A stretch of 64,000 bases of DNA from Deltaproteobacteria bacterium (GTDB lineage Bacteria; Desulfobacterota_D; UBA1144; Nemesobacterales; CSP1-2): contig JBQTHB010000006.1 in assembly GCA_052390235.1 (NCBI GenBank), positions 128,001 through 192,000 on the forward strand, given 5' to 3'. Every line of letters starts with the position of its first letter. The stretch's first letter is position 1. Below the pieces are notes generated by a model, which was not told where the DNA came from, did not search any database, and saw only the letters and a list, made by a program, of their open reading frames with translations. Of the stretch, positions 40,026-50,149 are shown one piece after another. The position numbers were made by a program, and so were the translations under genes.

Positions 40026-42179
40026 CTATTTCCAGCCCCACTCAATACCCGCATAGAACGAGCGTCCGTTGCCGGGGGAGATGAAACTCCCCGAAGCGTC
40101 ATCAACCACTACGGACGCGATATAGTCTCTATCTAAAATATTTGAAACCTCGAAAAATGCGCCCAGATTCCAAGGCTCGTACCTGTAGCCAAATTCAAGA
40201 TTTATCAGCGTGTAGTCGTCGGTCTTCTCCGTGTTTTCGCTGTCAACGAAATACCCCTTCGGCGTGCTTTCGAGATTTGGGGCTATCCAAAAACCGATGG
40301 GGTTATCGTAGCGAATCTCCGCCCTGATGAAATGCTCCGGCGCGCCCGGAAGGTCGTTGTCCCCGAAATTATCATCGTTGACAAATACGAATCTCGAATA
40401 GGTGTAGGCGAGGCGCGCGCTGAGCGTGTCGTCTGCTCCCTGCAGGGCGATGCGGCTTAGGATTCCGCAAATGAGATTCACATCCAATCCCGCTTCAACG
40501 CCGCTGTGGCGCGAGCGGTCAATATTTTGAAATCTCGGTATTGTGAACGGCGCGCTCGGAAACGGCTGAACGTTTATGTTTTGAATCTCGTCCCAGAGTT
40601 CTATGTTGTAGAGCGAAATATCCCAAGCAATGCGATTCCAAAGCTCCCCGCGAGCGCCGACCTCGAACTGCGCCGATTTTTGAGCGTTGAGCTCGTCCAA
40701 GCCCCCTCCGATAACGACAGGCGAGGCAAGCTCAAGCAGGAGGGGCGGCTCATATCCCCCGCTGGCGTTGCCGAAAATCTGCGCCGAAGCAGAGTAGTTC
40801 CAGACGAATCCCAGTTTCGGCGTTGCGGAGTAGAAATCTGTTGAGGCGGAGTCGTTCGGGTCAGAGTCGGTATCGGAGAGAAAATCATCGGAGACCGAGC
40901 GGTGGGCGTACTGGAAACGGCTTCCCGCAACGATGCTCAAATCGTTCGTAATATTAAAGCTGTCCTCTGCGTAGAGGGCGAGGTTCAGGGCTTTGTTGTT
41001 TTGGTCCCTGCTTAGGTCGCCGCGGTCGCCGCCTCCGAGAGCCACAAAACGCACGTCCTCTTGGTCGGTGTAGGCGGCTTGAATGCCAGCGGTTAGCAAA
41101 TTGCCTCGGCCAAATACGGGCGCGCTGAGGAGATAGCGAATCTCGCCGCTTAGATTTTGCGTGTCCCCAGTGAGGACGGCGAAAGAGAGGGGGTGGTCTA
41201 GGTCGAGAAAATTGAACTGAGCGTTGAACTCAAGAGCCTGCTCAGAGGAAATCGGGGCGCGCACTGTAAATGCCCCTCGGTAATAATCGTAATCATGCCG
41301 CTCGTCAAATTCTAGGCTTTCGGGGGCGGCCTGCCGGGGGTCGGCTTCAAACTGCTCCCGCGTGAGAGAGCCGGGGAGGGTTTCATCATTTTTCACGTAT
41401 CCGAGGTCGAGCCGAAGGGTCGCGCCTCCGTCAAAGGCGTAGCCGAAGCTAGAGAAAATGCGGCGGCGAGTCTGTTCGGCGTGGTCGCGGAAGTTATCAA
41501 GCTCCGTGTCGCTCCCTCCGGCATACAAATCAAAAGGGCCGTAATTCTGCCCGGTGGCGACATAGCCCTTAAAAAAACCATAAGAGCCTGCCTGCCCCCT
41601 GAGTTCAAGCAAATCGGCATCGTAGCCAGTTTTTGTTACCAAATTTATCGCCCCGCCTAAAGTATTTGCTCCGAGACGGAGGGCATTTGCGCCTTTATAA
41701 ACCTCGATTCTCTTTGCCGATAGAAGCTCCAAAAGCCCAAACTGTCCGAACCCATCGGCGTTGTTAACGGCGAATCCGTCAATCAGGATATTCACCCCGC
41801 GAAGGTGAAAGTTGTTGCGAAGCCCTGAGCCGCGAATGGAGATTTGGCTCTCCTCCGAGTCGTACCGAGGGCGAATGAGAACGCCGGGGATAAAATCGAG
41901 GACGTCTTTGTCCGTATAGGCGCGGGACTCGGAAATTTCATCAGAGCCGACAACACCGACTCCGCCGGGGGTGCGATATATCTGCTCCCGTGCCTGCTCC
42001 TCGCTGAGATTTCGCTCAGGGGTTTGCACGCTGGACACGGCTGAGTCCTCGACGACTACGGGGGGAAGTTCAGGGGCGGTTTTTTTATCGTCTAATTCGC
42101 TTTGGGCTAAGTCCCTCTCCTCGGCGAATGCGGATTGAATTGAAAATGCGAGAAATAGAATAAAAATCCATCTGTACAT
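40026..42179 (-). CDS. TonB-dependent outer-membrane receptor (probably copper-related)
   Basis: TonB-box-like PPVVVE, SIRGSG plug, IEVYKGANA, GGAINLVT, C-terminal GRSFYAGIEWGWK. Confidence 0.95.
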   Translation of the reverse strand: MYRWIFILFLAFSIQSAFAEERDLAQSELDDKKTAPELPPVVVEDSAVSSVQTPERNLSEEQAREQIYRTPGGVGVVGSDEISESRAYTDKDVLDFIPGVLIRPRYDSEESQISIRGSGLRNNFHLRGVNILIDGFAVNNADGFGQFGLLELLSAKRIEVYKGANALRLGANTLGGAINLVTKTGYDADLLELRGQAGSYGFFKGYVATGQNYGPFDLYAGGSDTELDNFRDHAEQTRRRIFSSFGYAFDGGATLRLDLGYVKNDETLPGSLTREQFEADPRQAAPESLEFDERHDYDYYRGAFTVRAPISSEQALEFNAQFNFLDLDHPLSFAVLTGDTQNLSGEIRYLLSAPVFGRGNLLTAGIQAAYTDQEDVRFVALGGGDRGDLSRDQNNKALNLALYAEDSFNITNDLSIVAGSRFQYAHRSVSDDFLSDTDSDPNDSASTDFYSATPKLGFVWNYSASAQIFGNASGGYEPPLLLELASPVVIGGGLDELNAQKSAQFEVGARGELWNRIAWDISLYNIELWDEIQNINVQPFPSAPFTIPRFQNIDRSRHSGVEAGLDVNLICGILSRIALQGADDTLSARLAYTYSRFVFVNDDNFGDNDLPGAPEHFIRAEIRYDNPIGFWIAPNLESTPKGYFVDSENTEKTDDYTLINLEFGYRYEPWNLGAFFEVSNILDRDYIASVVVDDASGSFISPGNGRSFYAGIEWGWK

Positions 42180-42317
42180 TCGGGTTCTCCTCCCTCAAGG
42201 GAAAATTAAGTACCAGGCTATCCGCGCCGGATGGAGAGAGCGAGAAACCCAATCTCCATCGGGGCAAATAGCCAAATCCTGCGGGGTAATTTGTGTTGGC
42301 AATGCGTCTGCGCAACT

Positions 42318-42731
42318 TCAGCAGACGGCCGGAGGAGAGCGAACCGAGAGGTTTTCAATAAAATACTGCGACTTGAAATCCGCTTTAACGGGCGATAGAT
42401 AAGAGATAAAACCGCTTCGAGGAGCGGCGTCGGGAAGCCTGAGGAGGGCAAATAGAACTCTCTGCGTGGAGGCGGTATAACAGCAGCAACAAGAAAAGCA
42501 CTTTTTATGCCCGCCTTGGTGATGCCCCCCATCTTCGGATTTATGCGATTCCTGCCCGGACTCCGGTGCCGCGCCGTGAGCCGAATGCTCAGAACAGGAC
42601 GAGCCGCTCGATACGGCGCTATCAGCCTCGGCATTCGGGAGTCCAAACCGAACGGACGCCCCCTGAGATGCCGCTGAGAACACCAGGGCGAGCAGTAGGG
42701 CTAGTATCCGAGACCGTGAATTTATCCGCAT
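42318..42731 (-). CDS. DUF2946/CruR-like upstream leader protein
   Basis: N-terminal hydrophobic segment, His-rich linker, CFSCCCC, C-terminal RSPP; directly upstream of a TonB receptor. Confidence 0.75.
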   Translation of the reverse strand: MRINSRSRILALLLALVFSAASQGASVRFGLPNAEADSAVSSGSSCSEHSAHGAAPESGQESHKSEDGGHHQGGHKKCFSCCCCYTASTQRVLFALLRLPDAAPRSGFISYLSPVKADFKSQYFIENLSVRSPPAVC

Positions 42732-42876
42732 GGGCTACACCGGTAATACGCCAAGGGTCGAAGCGTTAGATTAATTTCGGGTTATTATAGATGAGAATCA
42801 GAGTGTAAGAAAGGGGCAGAGGGGGCGATTAGGATGCGCGCCGATGTATATGCCCAAGAGCCTGCGCGAGGGGGGG

Positions 42877-43572
42877 TCATCCGTCGCTGAGTTGAAAGCG
42901 AATCGGCACGGTAACCCAGCTTGAAATCACCGCCCCGTTCCTCTTTCCGGGGATGAAAACCCAATCCCTTACGGCATCAAGGGCGGATTTATCGAGAACC
43001 CTGTAGCCAGAGGACTTCTCTAGCTGAACCCTGCCCACGGAGCCGCTATCAAGCACAAACACCCTAAGCACGACTACGCCCTGATACCCGTTTCGGCGGG
43101 CGAGCATCGGGTATTCGGGTTTTGGATTGAGTCCGTAGTCGGGAAAGCCTGACTCGGTCGGCGCGCCGCCTCCATCCCCTTTATCGCCGCTTATTGACTC
43201 GGCATTGCCCGAGGACGTCTCGGTGGGCTGGGGTTCGGCGGTGTCGGCTTCGCTTTCGGCAATAGTGAAGGTCTGCTCAGATGGGACGTCAGCCGGGGCG
43301 GGGCGGCTTATGATTCGGCGGCTCTGCTTCTTTTCTTTTTTGACGACTTTTTTCTTCTCGACTTTTTTCTCAACCGGCTTCACAGGGGGAGGAGACTCGG
43401 CGATTTTGGGCATTCCCCCTCCGGGCACTCTGTCTATAATGCCGACTTTTATCGGCTTGGCTTCGACTATCGGCGCCTCTGGTTCAAACAAAACCCCCGA
43501 TACGGCGGCAAACATCCCAGTATGCAGCATCATAGATAGTAGAAAAAACGTCTTTAGGTTAAATCGCGGCAT
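42877..43572 (-). CDS. tonB: Energy transducer TonB
   Basis: TM SMMLH, Pro/Lys-rich spacer, PEYPMLARRNGYQG, SSGYRVLD. Confidence 0.95.
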   Translation of the reverse strand: MPRFNLKTFFLLSMMLHTGMFAAVSGVLFEPEAPIVEAKPIKVGIIDRVPGGGMPKIAESPPPVKPVEKKVEKKKVVKKEKKQSRRIISRPAPADVPSEQTFTIAESEADTAEPQPTETSSGNAESISGDKGDGGGAPTESGFPDYGLNPKPEYPMLARRNGYQGVVVLRVFVLDSGSVGRVQLEKSSGYRVLDKSALDAVRDWVFIPGKRNGAVISSWVTVPIRFQLSDG

Positions 43573-43581
43573 ATCAATATC

Positions 43582-44022
43582 TCATGGCTTGGGCAAAGTC
43601 TCATCGGTGTCATCAGACCTCTCGGCGGCTATAGCCACCTCTTCGGCTCCTGCCTCCTTGGCGGTCTGAAAAATCTCCACAGCGTCGCCGAGGAAAGCGT
43701 CCTTGTCGCCTTCGAGAATCACCACTTTCTGCGCGCTGGACTGAAGGGCTTCTGTAAGCTCATCTCTGAGGGACTCTCGAGCGGTTAAAACGCCGTTAAC
43801 GTAAAACTCACCGTCTGTCGTGAGCGTTACGACGACGTTTCTCGACACAGACTCCGTTTTTGAGACCTCCGGCAGGTTTAATTTCGCCCCTGACTCAATC
43901 AGCGCAGAGCTGGTTATCATGAATATTATGAGCAGAACGAGAAATATATCCGTAAGCGGGGTGATGTTGATTTCGGCAACTATCTCGTCGTCGGAATTCT
44001 CGTCAAACTTTTCCAGAGCCAT
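43582..44022 (-). CDS. exbD: Biopolymer transport protein ExbD
   Basis: EINITPLTDIFLVLLIIFMI. Confidence 0.95.
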   Translation of the reverse strand: MALEKFDENSDDEIVAEINITPLTDIFLVLLIIFMITSSALIESGAKLNLPEVSKTESVSRNVVVTLTTDGEFYVNGVLTARESLRDELTEALQSSAQKVVILEGDKDAFLGDAVEIFQTAKEAGAEEVAIAAERSDDTDETLPKP

Positions 44023-44656
44023 TCGCCCGCCTCCCCTCTCTAAAGGCTTCCATGAGCTTTGCCGAATTGATTTTGATGGCCGTGTTAATGTCCCCGACGC
44101 GCACCTGAAGGCAGTTGTAGGCGATGAGGGCGATGATTGCCACGAGTAGTCCCAGAGCCGTGGCTACTAGGGCTTCGGAGATTCCGGCGGCGACAACTGA
44201 GAACCCCCCAGTGCCGGCTTGAGCCATGCTGTTAAAGGATTTTATTATTCCGATTACCGTTCCGAAAAGACCGATAAAAGGGGCGCTGCTTCCAATTGTG
44301 CCTAGAATCCAGATATTGCGCTTGAGGTTCTGAAGCTCTTCAAATCTGCGCTCTTCGACTCCAACGGATATTTCGTCAATAGTCTTACCTTGTTGCTTCT
44401 GAATAGATGAATGAAATATTTTGGCCAGAGGATTCTTCAAATTTTCCTTGCAAATCGAGGCGGCGGAGGGAAAATCCCCCTTAGCCATTGTGGGCAGAAT
44501 GCGCTCAGCGAGATTTCCCATCGAGGAAGCTCCCCCCCTGAGTGCAAATAATCTCTCCATGATAACTCCAACCATCAGCGCCGAGCCGAAAATGAGCGGA
44601 TACGTCGCAAGCCACCCCTGGCGTATCAGGTCCATGTAATTTAACCCTTCCATCAT
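44003..44656 (-). CDS. exbB: MotA/TolQ/ExbB proton channel protein (start moved to ATG 44656)
   Basis: APFIGLFGTVIG, GISEALVATALGL; SD AGGAG. Confidence 0.93.
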   Translation of the reverse strand: MMEGLNYMDLIRQGWLATYPLIFGSALMVGVIMERLFALRGGASSMGNLAERILPTMAKGDFPSAASICKENLKNPLAKIFHSSIQKQQGKTIDEISVGVEERRFEELQNLKRNIWILGTIGSSAPFIGLFGTVIGIIKSFNSMAQAGTGGFSVVAAGISEALVATALGLLVAIIALIAYNCLQVRVGDINTAIKINSAKLMEAFREGRRANGSGKV

Positions 44657-44756
44657 AAATCGCTCCTGAGAATCTATTAGATTAAAATTTAGATTGCCAA
44701 AGCCGAGGTTGTCAAGTTTGCTTCCGAGACTGCTGAGATGGCGGCGACTCTCTATA

Positions 44757-44807
44757 TTTTGAGAATGATTTTCAAAACTAGTGTACTTGAGAAACACCCC
44801 GTGTCAA
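44757..44807 (-). promoter_or_regulatory. exbB promoter with Fur-family box
   Basis: TTGACA-16-TACACT on the minus strand (44780-44807); near-palindrome TTTTGAGAATGATTTTCAAAA (44757-44777) has two mismatches to TGATAATnATTATCA. Confidence 0.75.
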
Positions 44808-44893
44808 GAATAGAAGAGAAATTGGACAATCCGAGGCTCTGATAATCCCCTTGCGCTATATAATTACGAAAGGATGATGTACTTCGGTTACGC

Positions 44894-46999
44894 TTAGAGC
44901 CGTTTTGAGAAATAGTAAGTGATGCCGACTCTGAGGGAAAACGGATTTCCGGGAGTAAAGTGAATATCCTCGGCGGAGGCGGCTTCGCCCTGAAGCTGGG
45001 ATTCAAAGAAATTCTGCGCGTCCCGGTAGTCCGTATCCAAGAGATTTTCAATCACCCCGAAAGCCTCGATGTTTTTATATCTGTACTTGAGCGTCAGGTC
45101 AACCCTCGTAAACCCGTCGGCGTCAACCTCGCCCGTCTCCTCGGCAGGCCTATCGGCGATGTAGAGAACCTCAAGCGCCCCTTGAAGCCCGAATGGAGTT
45201 CTCACGGCGACGCCGCTCCTCGATACCACTTTAGGCGCGAGCGGTATCTGGTCGTCTTCCAAATCGGTGAACTTGGCGTCTGTAATATTTAAATCCGCAT
45301 GGAGAAATAGCCAGTCCGTAACGCTGAATCTCGCCTCAAACTCCCCGCCCAATCGCCTCGTGGGGCTTCCAATAAATTCAAACGTGCCGCCGTCGCCGAT
45401 AAAAACAAGCTCGTCTTCGAGGCGAAGATACCAAAACGCCGCCGCAAGGTCGAGACGATTATCGAGCAGCCTCGTGCGCGAGCCGATTTCAAATCCCACG
45501 GACCTAGGCAGGGTCGTAGCCGAGGGGTCAGAGACTACGGCGCGCGCGTCGTTGCTGTGGAATCCCGTGCCGAAGTTAAAGAATACGTCAGTATTCTCTA
45601 GCGGCGAGAGTATTAAATTTGCCTTAAAGCTCGCAATTGAGTCCGACTCCTCCCCTTCTATTGGGACGAGCGGGGCGGCGCTGTCGTCGTTATCCACATC
45701 GAAGCGGAAGAAATCCCCCCGCGCTCCCAGCACAACCCTTGCCCAGCCCGTGGGATTGAGTTCGAGCTGCGCAAATGGGGACACGGACGCCTCGAAAATA
45801 TCTGCGTCGTTGACGGCGGCGGTCTGATCGCGCCTGGTCTGATTGCCAAGCACGAGGTCGTTGTGGTCGGCTTGCGCCTGCACCCCTGCGGTGATAACGT
45901 GTTCCCGCCCAAAGAGGGCGAATAACCGTGCGTAACGTGTGTCCGTGCCGTAGAGATAGCGGTTGTCTCTCTGCACAATGCCGTCGCCATTTACGGGGTC
46001 GGCGAGGAAAAAGGTGAAATTACTGAAGAGATCGAGTTTATAGCGAGAGAAATAGACCGTAGAGGTCAACTGGCTTCTGTCGTCCGGCGCGAGCGAGTAC
46101 TGAAGATGGGCGTTATATCTTTGAGTCTCGCCTCCTTCGGTGGGGTCAATAGCGCCGAATATATCTATACTGCCGGATTCAACCGCTCTGAGCGGGACCT
46201 GCCCCGATGCGTCCCAGTCGCCGTAATAGCCGGAAATCCAGAACTGTAGCTCTGAGGCATCGGACAAGCTCCAGGAGAGTTTCCCGAACCCGTTTATGCG
46301 CAGGAAATTATTTTCATTGATAAATGGCCCTTCATCGTGAATTATCTCGAATGCCGTGAGGGTTTTCACATCGTCCGACACAATGGGCGACAGGAGCGTA
46401 AGCCCTCTTGCCACTGGGCGAAACCTGTCAACGGCATAGAAGCCTGAGCCTGCCTGAACGAAATTTTCATCCACGAAATCTTTTGTGATGAGTCTCACCG
46501 CGCCGGCGTTTGAAAAATCCCCGAATTCAGTGAAGTAGTTTCCCTTGTAAATCTCCACGGTCTCTATGGTCTCCGGGATGACGAAATGCAGGTCGGCGTA
46601 GCCTTGACCGTGCGCATGGCTTCGGAGATTCACCGGAAGCTGGTCTATAAATAGCCCGACATCAGTCCCGTGGTCGGCGTTGAACCCGCGCAGGAGGAAT
46701 TGGTCGGCTTTCCCCCCGCCCTGGTGCTGAAGCGTGATAAGCCCCGGCACGACGCGGAGCAGGTCGCTGGGCTTGTTCTTGGGCAGAAGCTCGAAATCGC
46801 GCTCTCGAACCTCTCTGGAAGAGGCGGCGGTTACGGGTTTTTTCTCTATAACTAGAACCTCCCCAAGCTCGGCTGAGGGGGGAGTCTGCTGAGACAGCTC
46901 GCTGTCAGCCGGAGCATCTTCGGCGCGAGTATCTGCAGAGAGGGATACGGTCAGAGTAAAACATAGGCAGAGCGTTAATCTCAGAAATTTGACGTCCAT
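44894..46999 (-). CDS. TonB-dependent receptor with His-rich plug (probably nickel/transition metal)
   Basis: QHQGGGKADQFLLRGFNADHGTD, HAHGQGYAD, IHFTPGNP; adjacent to the nikR cluster. Confidence 0.93.
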   Translation of the reverse strand: MDVKFLRLTLCLCFTLTVSLSADTRAEDAPADSELSQQTPPSAELGEVLVIEKKPVTAASSREVRERDFELLPKNKPSDLLRVVPGLITLQHQGGGKADQFLLRGFNADHGTDVGLFIDQLPVNLRSHAHGQGYADLHFVIPETIETVEIYKGNYFTEFGDFSNAGAVRLITKDFVDENFVQAGSGFYAVDRFRPVARGLTLLSPIVSDDVKTLTAFEIIHDEGPFINENNFLRINGFGKLSWSLSDASELQFWISGYYGDWDASGQVPLRAVESGSIDIFGAIDPTEGGETQRYNAHLQYSLAPDDRSQLTSTVYFSRYKLDLFSNFTFFLADPVNGDGIVQRDNRYLYGTDTRYARLFALFGREHVITAGVQAQADHNDLVLGNQTRRDQTAAVNDADIFEASVSPFAQLELNPTGWARVVLGARGDFFRFDVDNDDSAAPLVPIEGEESDSIASFKANLILSPLENTDVFFNFGTGFHSNDARAVVSDPSATTLPRSVGFEIGSRTRLLDNRLDLAAAFWYLRLEDELVFIGDGGTFEFIGSPTRRLGGEFEARFSVTDWLFLHADLNITDAKFTDLEDDQIPLAPKVVSRSGVAVRTPFGLQGALEVLYIADRPAEETGEVDADGFTRVDLTLKYRYKNIEAFGVIENLLDTDYRDAQNFFESQLQGEAASAEDIHFTPGNPFSLRVGITYYFSKRL

Positions 47000-47066
47000 A
47001 GTTATATTTTCCTGCCGCCGATTTATTTAATACTGATTATATTTATCATAGTTATTATTCGATTAC

Positions 47067-47093
47067 AATATACTAATTTAATTTTAGTAATAT
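47067..47093. promoter_or_regulatory. Candidate NikR operator
   Basis: AATATAC-13 nt-GTAATAT just downstream of a minus-strand TATAAT (47097-47102); region is AT-rich so a chance match is possible. Confidence 0.45.
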
Positions 47094-47293
47094 TTATTAT
47101 ATAGAATTGTTGAGACGGTAGCCAGTAGATTGTCTATTTAATGAGTTGACGAGCGGCCCAAGATCCGCGTATCGTGAGCCGCTCGCCCAATAGAGAGAAA
47201 AGGGGGGAAACAAAAATGGCGATTTAAACCTTACAAATGCTGACTACTGATATTCGTATTACATATACACATATTATTTTTAATTATATATGT

Positions 47294-47323
47294 ATTATAA
47301 TCAGAGTCGAAATAATTTGTCAA
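47294..47323 (-). promoter_or_regulatory. Consensus sigma70 promoter upstream of the second TonB receptor
   Basis: TTGACA-18 nt-TATAAT on the minus strand. Confidence 0.65.
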
Positions 47324-47344
47324 GAGGTATTTTATGGGACGGAA

Positions 47345-48193
47345 TTATTGCTGCCGCGATTTTCCCACCCTAGCGCCGTTATTCGAGCCAAAACCCTTAT
47401 AGCCCAGCGCGGCGGCGAAGATTAGCGACAGGAGCAACACGATACTCGCGCCGGAGGCAATATCGAGGTAATAGCTCAGATACATACCCACGACGGCTGT
47501 AAGCGAGCCTATCAACGCCGATACAACCAGCAGTTTGCCAAAACTGTCCGTGAGCAAGCGCGCCGTTATTGCCGGGGCGATGATGGACGCCGCAATGAGC
47601 GTAACCCCCAGCACCTGTATCGAGGCAATGATAGAGGCGGCGAGCAAAAACGATAAGAGTATATTTATCCGGCGGGTGTTGACTCCAAAGGCTCTGGCGA
47701 CCTCTTCGTCGAATGTCGTAAAGAGCAGCTGCTTGTAGAATAAAAACACGCATAGAGCCACAACCGCGGCAACGGCGATAATTACCGCTACGTCCTCGCG
47801 AGTTACGCCGAGGATATTGCCGAAGAGAGCCGCCTCGAAATTTGTCGTAAATTTTCCGGCTCGGCTGATGAGAGCGACACCTATGGCAAAGCTCGCCGTG
47901 GTTACGATGCCTATAGCGGCATCAGCCCCGATTTTCTTCTGCCGCGTAACCTCGTTTATGATGAACGCCGCCGCAAATCCCCAAATAGTCGCGCCAATGT
48001 AGAAATTCAGACCCACTACGTAGCTTGCCACAGCCCCTCCGAAAACCGCATGGGATAGCCCGTGTCCGATATAGCTCATCCTGCGAAGCACGACATAGAC
48101 CCCGACGAGTCCGCAGAGCGCCCCTACAAACAGCGCGGCTACTAATCCTCGAACAAAAAATTGATACCCAAGCGGCTCCAATAAATATTCCAT
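47345..48193 (-). CDS. Zn/Mn-type metal ABC transporter permease
   Basis: SYIGHGLSHAVFGG, LFGNILGV, FDEEVARAFG. Confidence 0.95.
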   Translation of the reverse strand: MEYLLEPLGYQFFVRGLVAALFVGALCGLVGVYVVLRRMSYIGHGLSHAVFGGAVASYVVGLNFYIGATIWGFAAAFIINEVTRQKKIGADAAIGIVTTASFAIGVALISRAGKFTTNFEAALFGNILGVTREDVAVIIAVAAVVALCVFLFYKQLLFTTFDEEVARAFGVNTRRINILLSFLLAASIIASIQVLGVTLIAASIIAPAITARLLTDSFGKLLVVSALIGSLTAVVGMYLSYYLDIASGASIVLLLSLIFAAALGYKGFGSNNGARVGKSRQQ

Positions 48194-49011
48194 TAACCCT
48201 CATCATACTCATCGTGAGATTTAGCCGCTAAAGCCCTGTTGACCACCACGCAGACAGAGCCGTGCCTTATCACGGTCATCTCCGAGCCGTAGGTTTCTCT
48301 CAGCACAGCAGGGGTGAAAACCTCGTCTGGATGCCCTGCCGCAACCACGCCCTTGTTGAAGCATATCACGTGTGGCAGATGCGCGGCTATTGCGTTGAGG
48401 TCGTGCGTGGAGATGAGTATAGTGATGCCGGCGGCGTTGATTTCCTCCAGCAGGTGGAGAATATCGTGCTGGGTTTTAAGGTCAATCCCTGAGGTCGGCT
48501 CGTCTAAGAGCAGGATACTTGGGTTGCAGACGAGAGCGCGCGCGAGGAACACCCTCTGGCGCTCCCCGCCGGATAGATTCCTGATTTGCTCCCTCGCGTA
48601 TTCAGAAATCCCAAGCCGCTCCAGGCGCTGCCCGACGGCGATTTTATCACGAGGGCTTGCCCACGGCAAAATCCCCATCTCCCGGTGCCGTCCCATCATG
48701 ACCGCCTGCTCCACTGTAACGGGGAAATCCCAGTCAACGGCTTCAAGTTGAGGCACGTAGCCTATGCCCGGCGGAGCGTTGCCTCGAACGCGCTCTCCAA
48801 ATACCAGCACATCGCCCCCTGTAGGAGCGATAATACCAAGCATGAGTTTGAGCAGAGTGGTTTTACCCGTTCCGTTGGGGCCCACAATCCCGGCGAACTG
48901 CCCATCCCGAATTTTGAGATTGATTCCATCGAGTACAGGTCTGCGCCCGTAGCTAAACGAGACGCCGGATAGCTCAATTACGGGTTTCGTTGATAGGTTC
49001 TGATGTTTCAT
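48193..49011 (-). CDS. Zn/Mn-type metal ABC transporter ATPase
   Basis: GPNGTGKT, YVPQ, LSGGERQR, LLDEP. Confidence 0.95.
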   Translation of the reverse strand: MKHQNLSTKPVIELSGVSFSYGRRPVLDGINLKIRDGQFAGIVGPNGTGKTTLLKLMLGIIAPTGGDVLVFGERVRGNAPPGIGYVPQLEAVDWDFPVTVEQAVMMGRHREMGILPWASPRDKIAVGQRLERLGISEYAREQIRNLSGGERQRVFLARALVCNPSILLLDEPTSGIDLKTQHDILHLLEEINAAGITILISTHDLNAIAAHLPHVICFNKGVVAAGHPDEVFTPAVLRETYGSEMTVIRHGSVCVVVNRALAAKSHDEYDEG

Positions 49012-49053
49012 CGTCGGCTCTGAGAGGGCGCGTCCGCAAACGCGGGGTTGAGG

Positions 49054-50010
49054 CTAAATGGGGGAATCCGCAGGATCAATCCCCAACAGAGCCTCAGCGC
49101 TTCCCCCAAGGGCGGAGACCATAACCCTCACGTCCTCAAGCATCATTCCAATGAACGAATGCCGAGGCGAACCGGCATCTGCCGGCAGGTCGTCGTCCCT
49201 CAGCGTATCAATGTATGCCACTTCGGCTTCCTCGGCTATCTGCCGCAGAACCTTGCTTGGAAACACCTCCGAGCCGAAAATAGCGGGTACTTTCTCGCGC
49301 CGCAGTTGGTCAATTATCCGAGCTACCTCTCTTGCCGAAGGCTCGGAAAAGCTCGAAGGCTGAATCGCGCCTATGACCTTCATCCCGTAGCGCCTCGCGA
49401 AATAAGCCCAAGAGTCGTGGTAGGTGAGGAGCTTTCTATTGGCTTGGGGGATTGTGAGGATAGCCGTCTCAATGCGGCTGTCGAGTTGCTTGAGTCTCGC
49501 AATATAGACCTCGGCGTTCTGGGTATAGAAATCCCTATTCGCGCCGTCCATTGCCGAGAGCCTGTCCCGAATGAGTTCGGCGTACCGGATGGCGTAGGGG
49601 ATGTTCATCCACAGGTGCGGATTGGGATTCCCCTCGGCTTTGGGAAAGCTGAAATCAAATATCCACTCCCGCCGGGAGACAGTCCCATCGCCGAGCTTCA
49701 GCAGAGAGTCTCGCCTTTTTCCGCTCGCCCTTGCCATTTTCTCCGTGGGGATTTCGAGATTTAAGCCGTTTAATATGACGAGGTCGGCGCGGGCAAGGAG
49801 GCGGACATCCGAGGGTTTCGGCTCAAATGTGTGAGAATTAACCCCCTCCGGCACGAGCCCGCGGAGGGTTATTTTTGAGCCTCCGATGTTTTTAGCGATA
49901 TTGGTTATTGGGGCGACAGTTGTAACGACGTTGAGTTTTCCACCGGCGGAGTGAGCGCGCAACGGGACAAATAAGACCAGAGCGAATAGAATGAGACAAA
50001 TTTTCATCAA
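49054..50010 (-). CDS. Cluster A-I (TroA/ZnuA-like) metal-binding protein
   Basis: SHTFEP, NPHLW, YHDSWAYF and RDD ligand motifs. Confidence 0.95.
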   Translation of the reverse strand: MMKICLILFALVLFVPLRAHSAGGKLNVVTTVAPITNIAKNIGGSKITLRGLVPEGVNSHTFEPKPSDVRLLARADLVILNGLNLEIPTEKMARASGKRRDSLLKLGDGTVSRREWIFDFSFPKAEGNPNPHLWMNIPYAIRYAELIRDRLSAMDGANRDFYTQNAEVYIARLKQLDSRIETAILTIPQANRKLLTYHDSWAYFARRYGMKVIGAIQPSSFSEPSAREVARIIDQLRREKVPAIFGSEVFPSKVLRQIAEEAEVAYIDTLRDDDLPADAGSPRHSFIGMMLEDVRVMVSALGGSAEALLGIDPADSPI

Positions 50011-50074
50011 TCCCCCATTTGCGAATCGCTTTTTGGGTATAGTAGCACAAAAGGAGCGGTTTTACATATAAAAT

Positions 50075-50101
50075 CGCATACAAAGGGGAATTTCGTATTA
50101 A
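50075..50101. promoter_or_regulatory. Candidate NikR operator upstream of the ABC operon
   Basis: CGCATAC-13 nt-GTATTAA, same TAC-N13-GTA geometry as the 47067 site. Confidence 0.55.
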
Positions 50102-50149
50102 TTCAATAGCAGACAAAATAAGAACTGGGAAATTAAAACAGCCGAGGGA

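Noticed and set aside
47100..47220. Cobalamin or NiCo riboswitch before the TonB receptor
   Set aside because: The only B12-box-like fragment (AGCCAGTAGA) is on the wrong strand and the other conserved elements are missing
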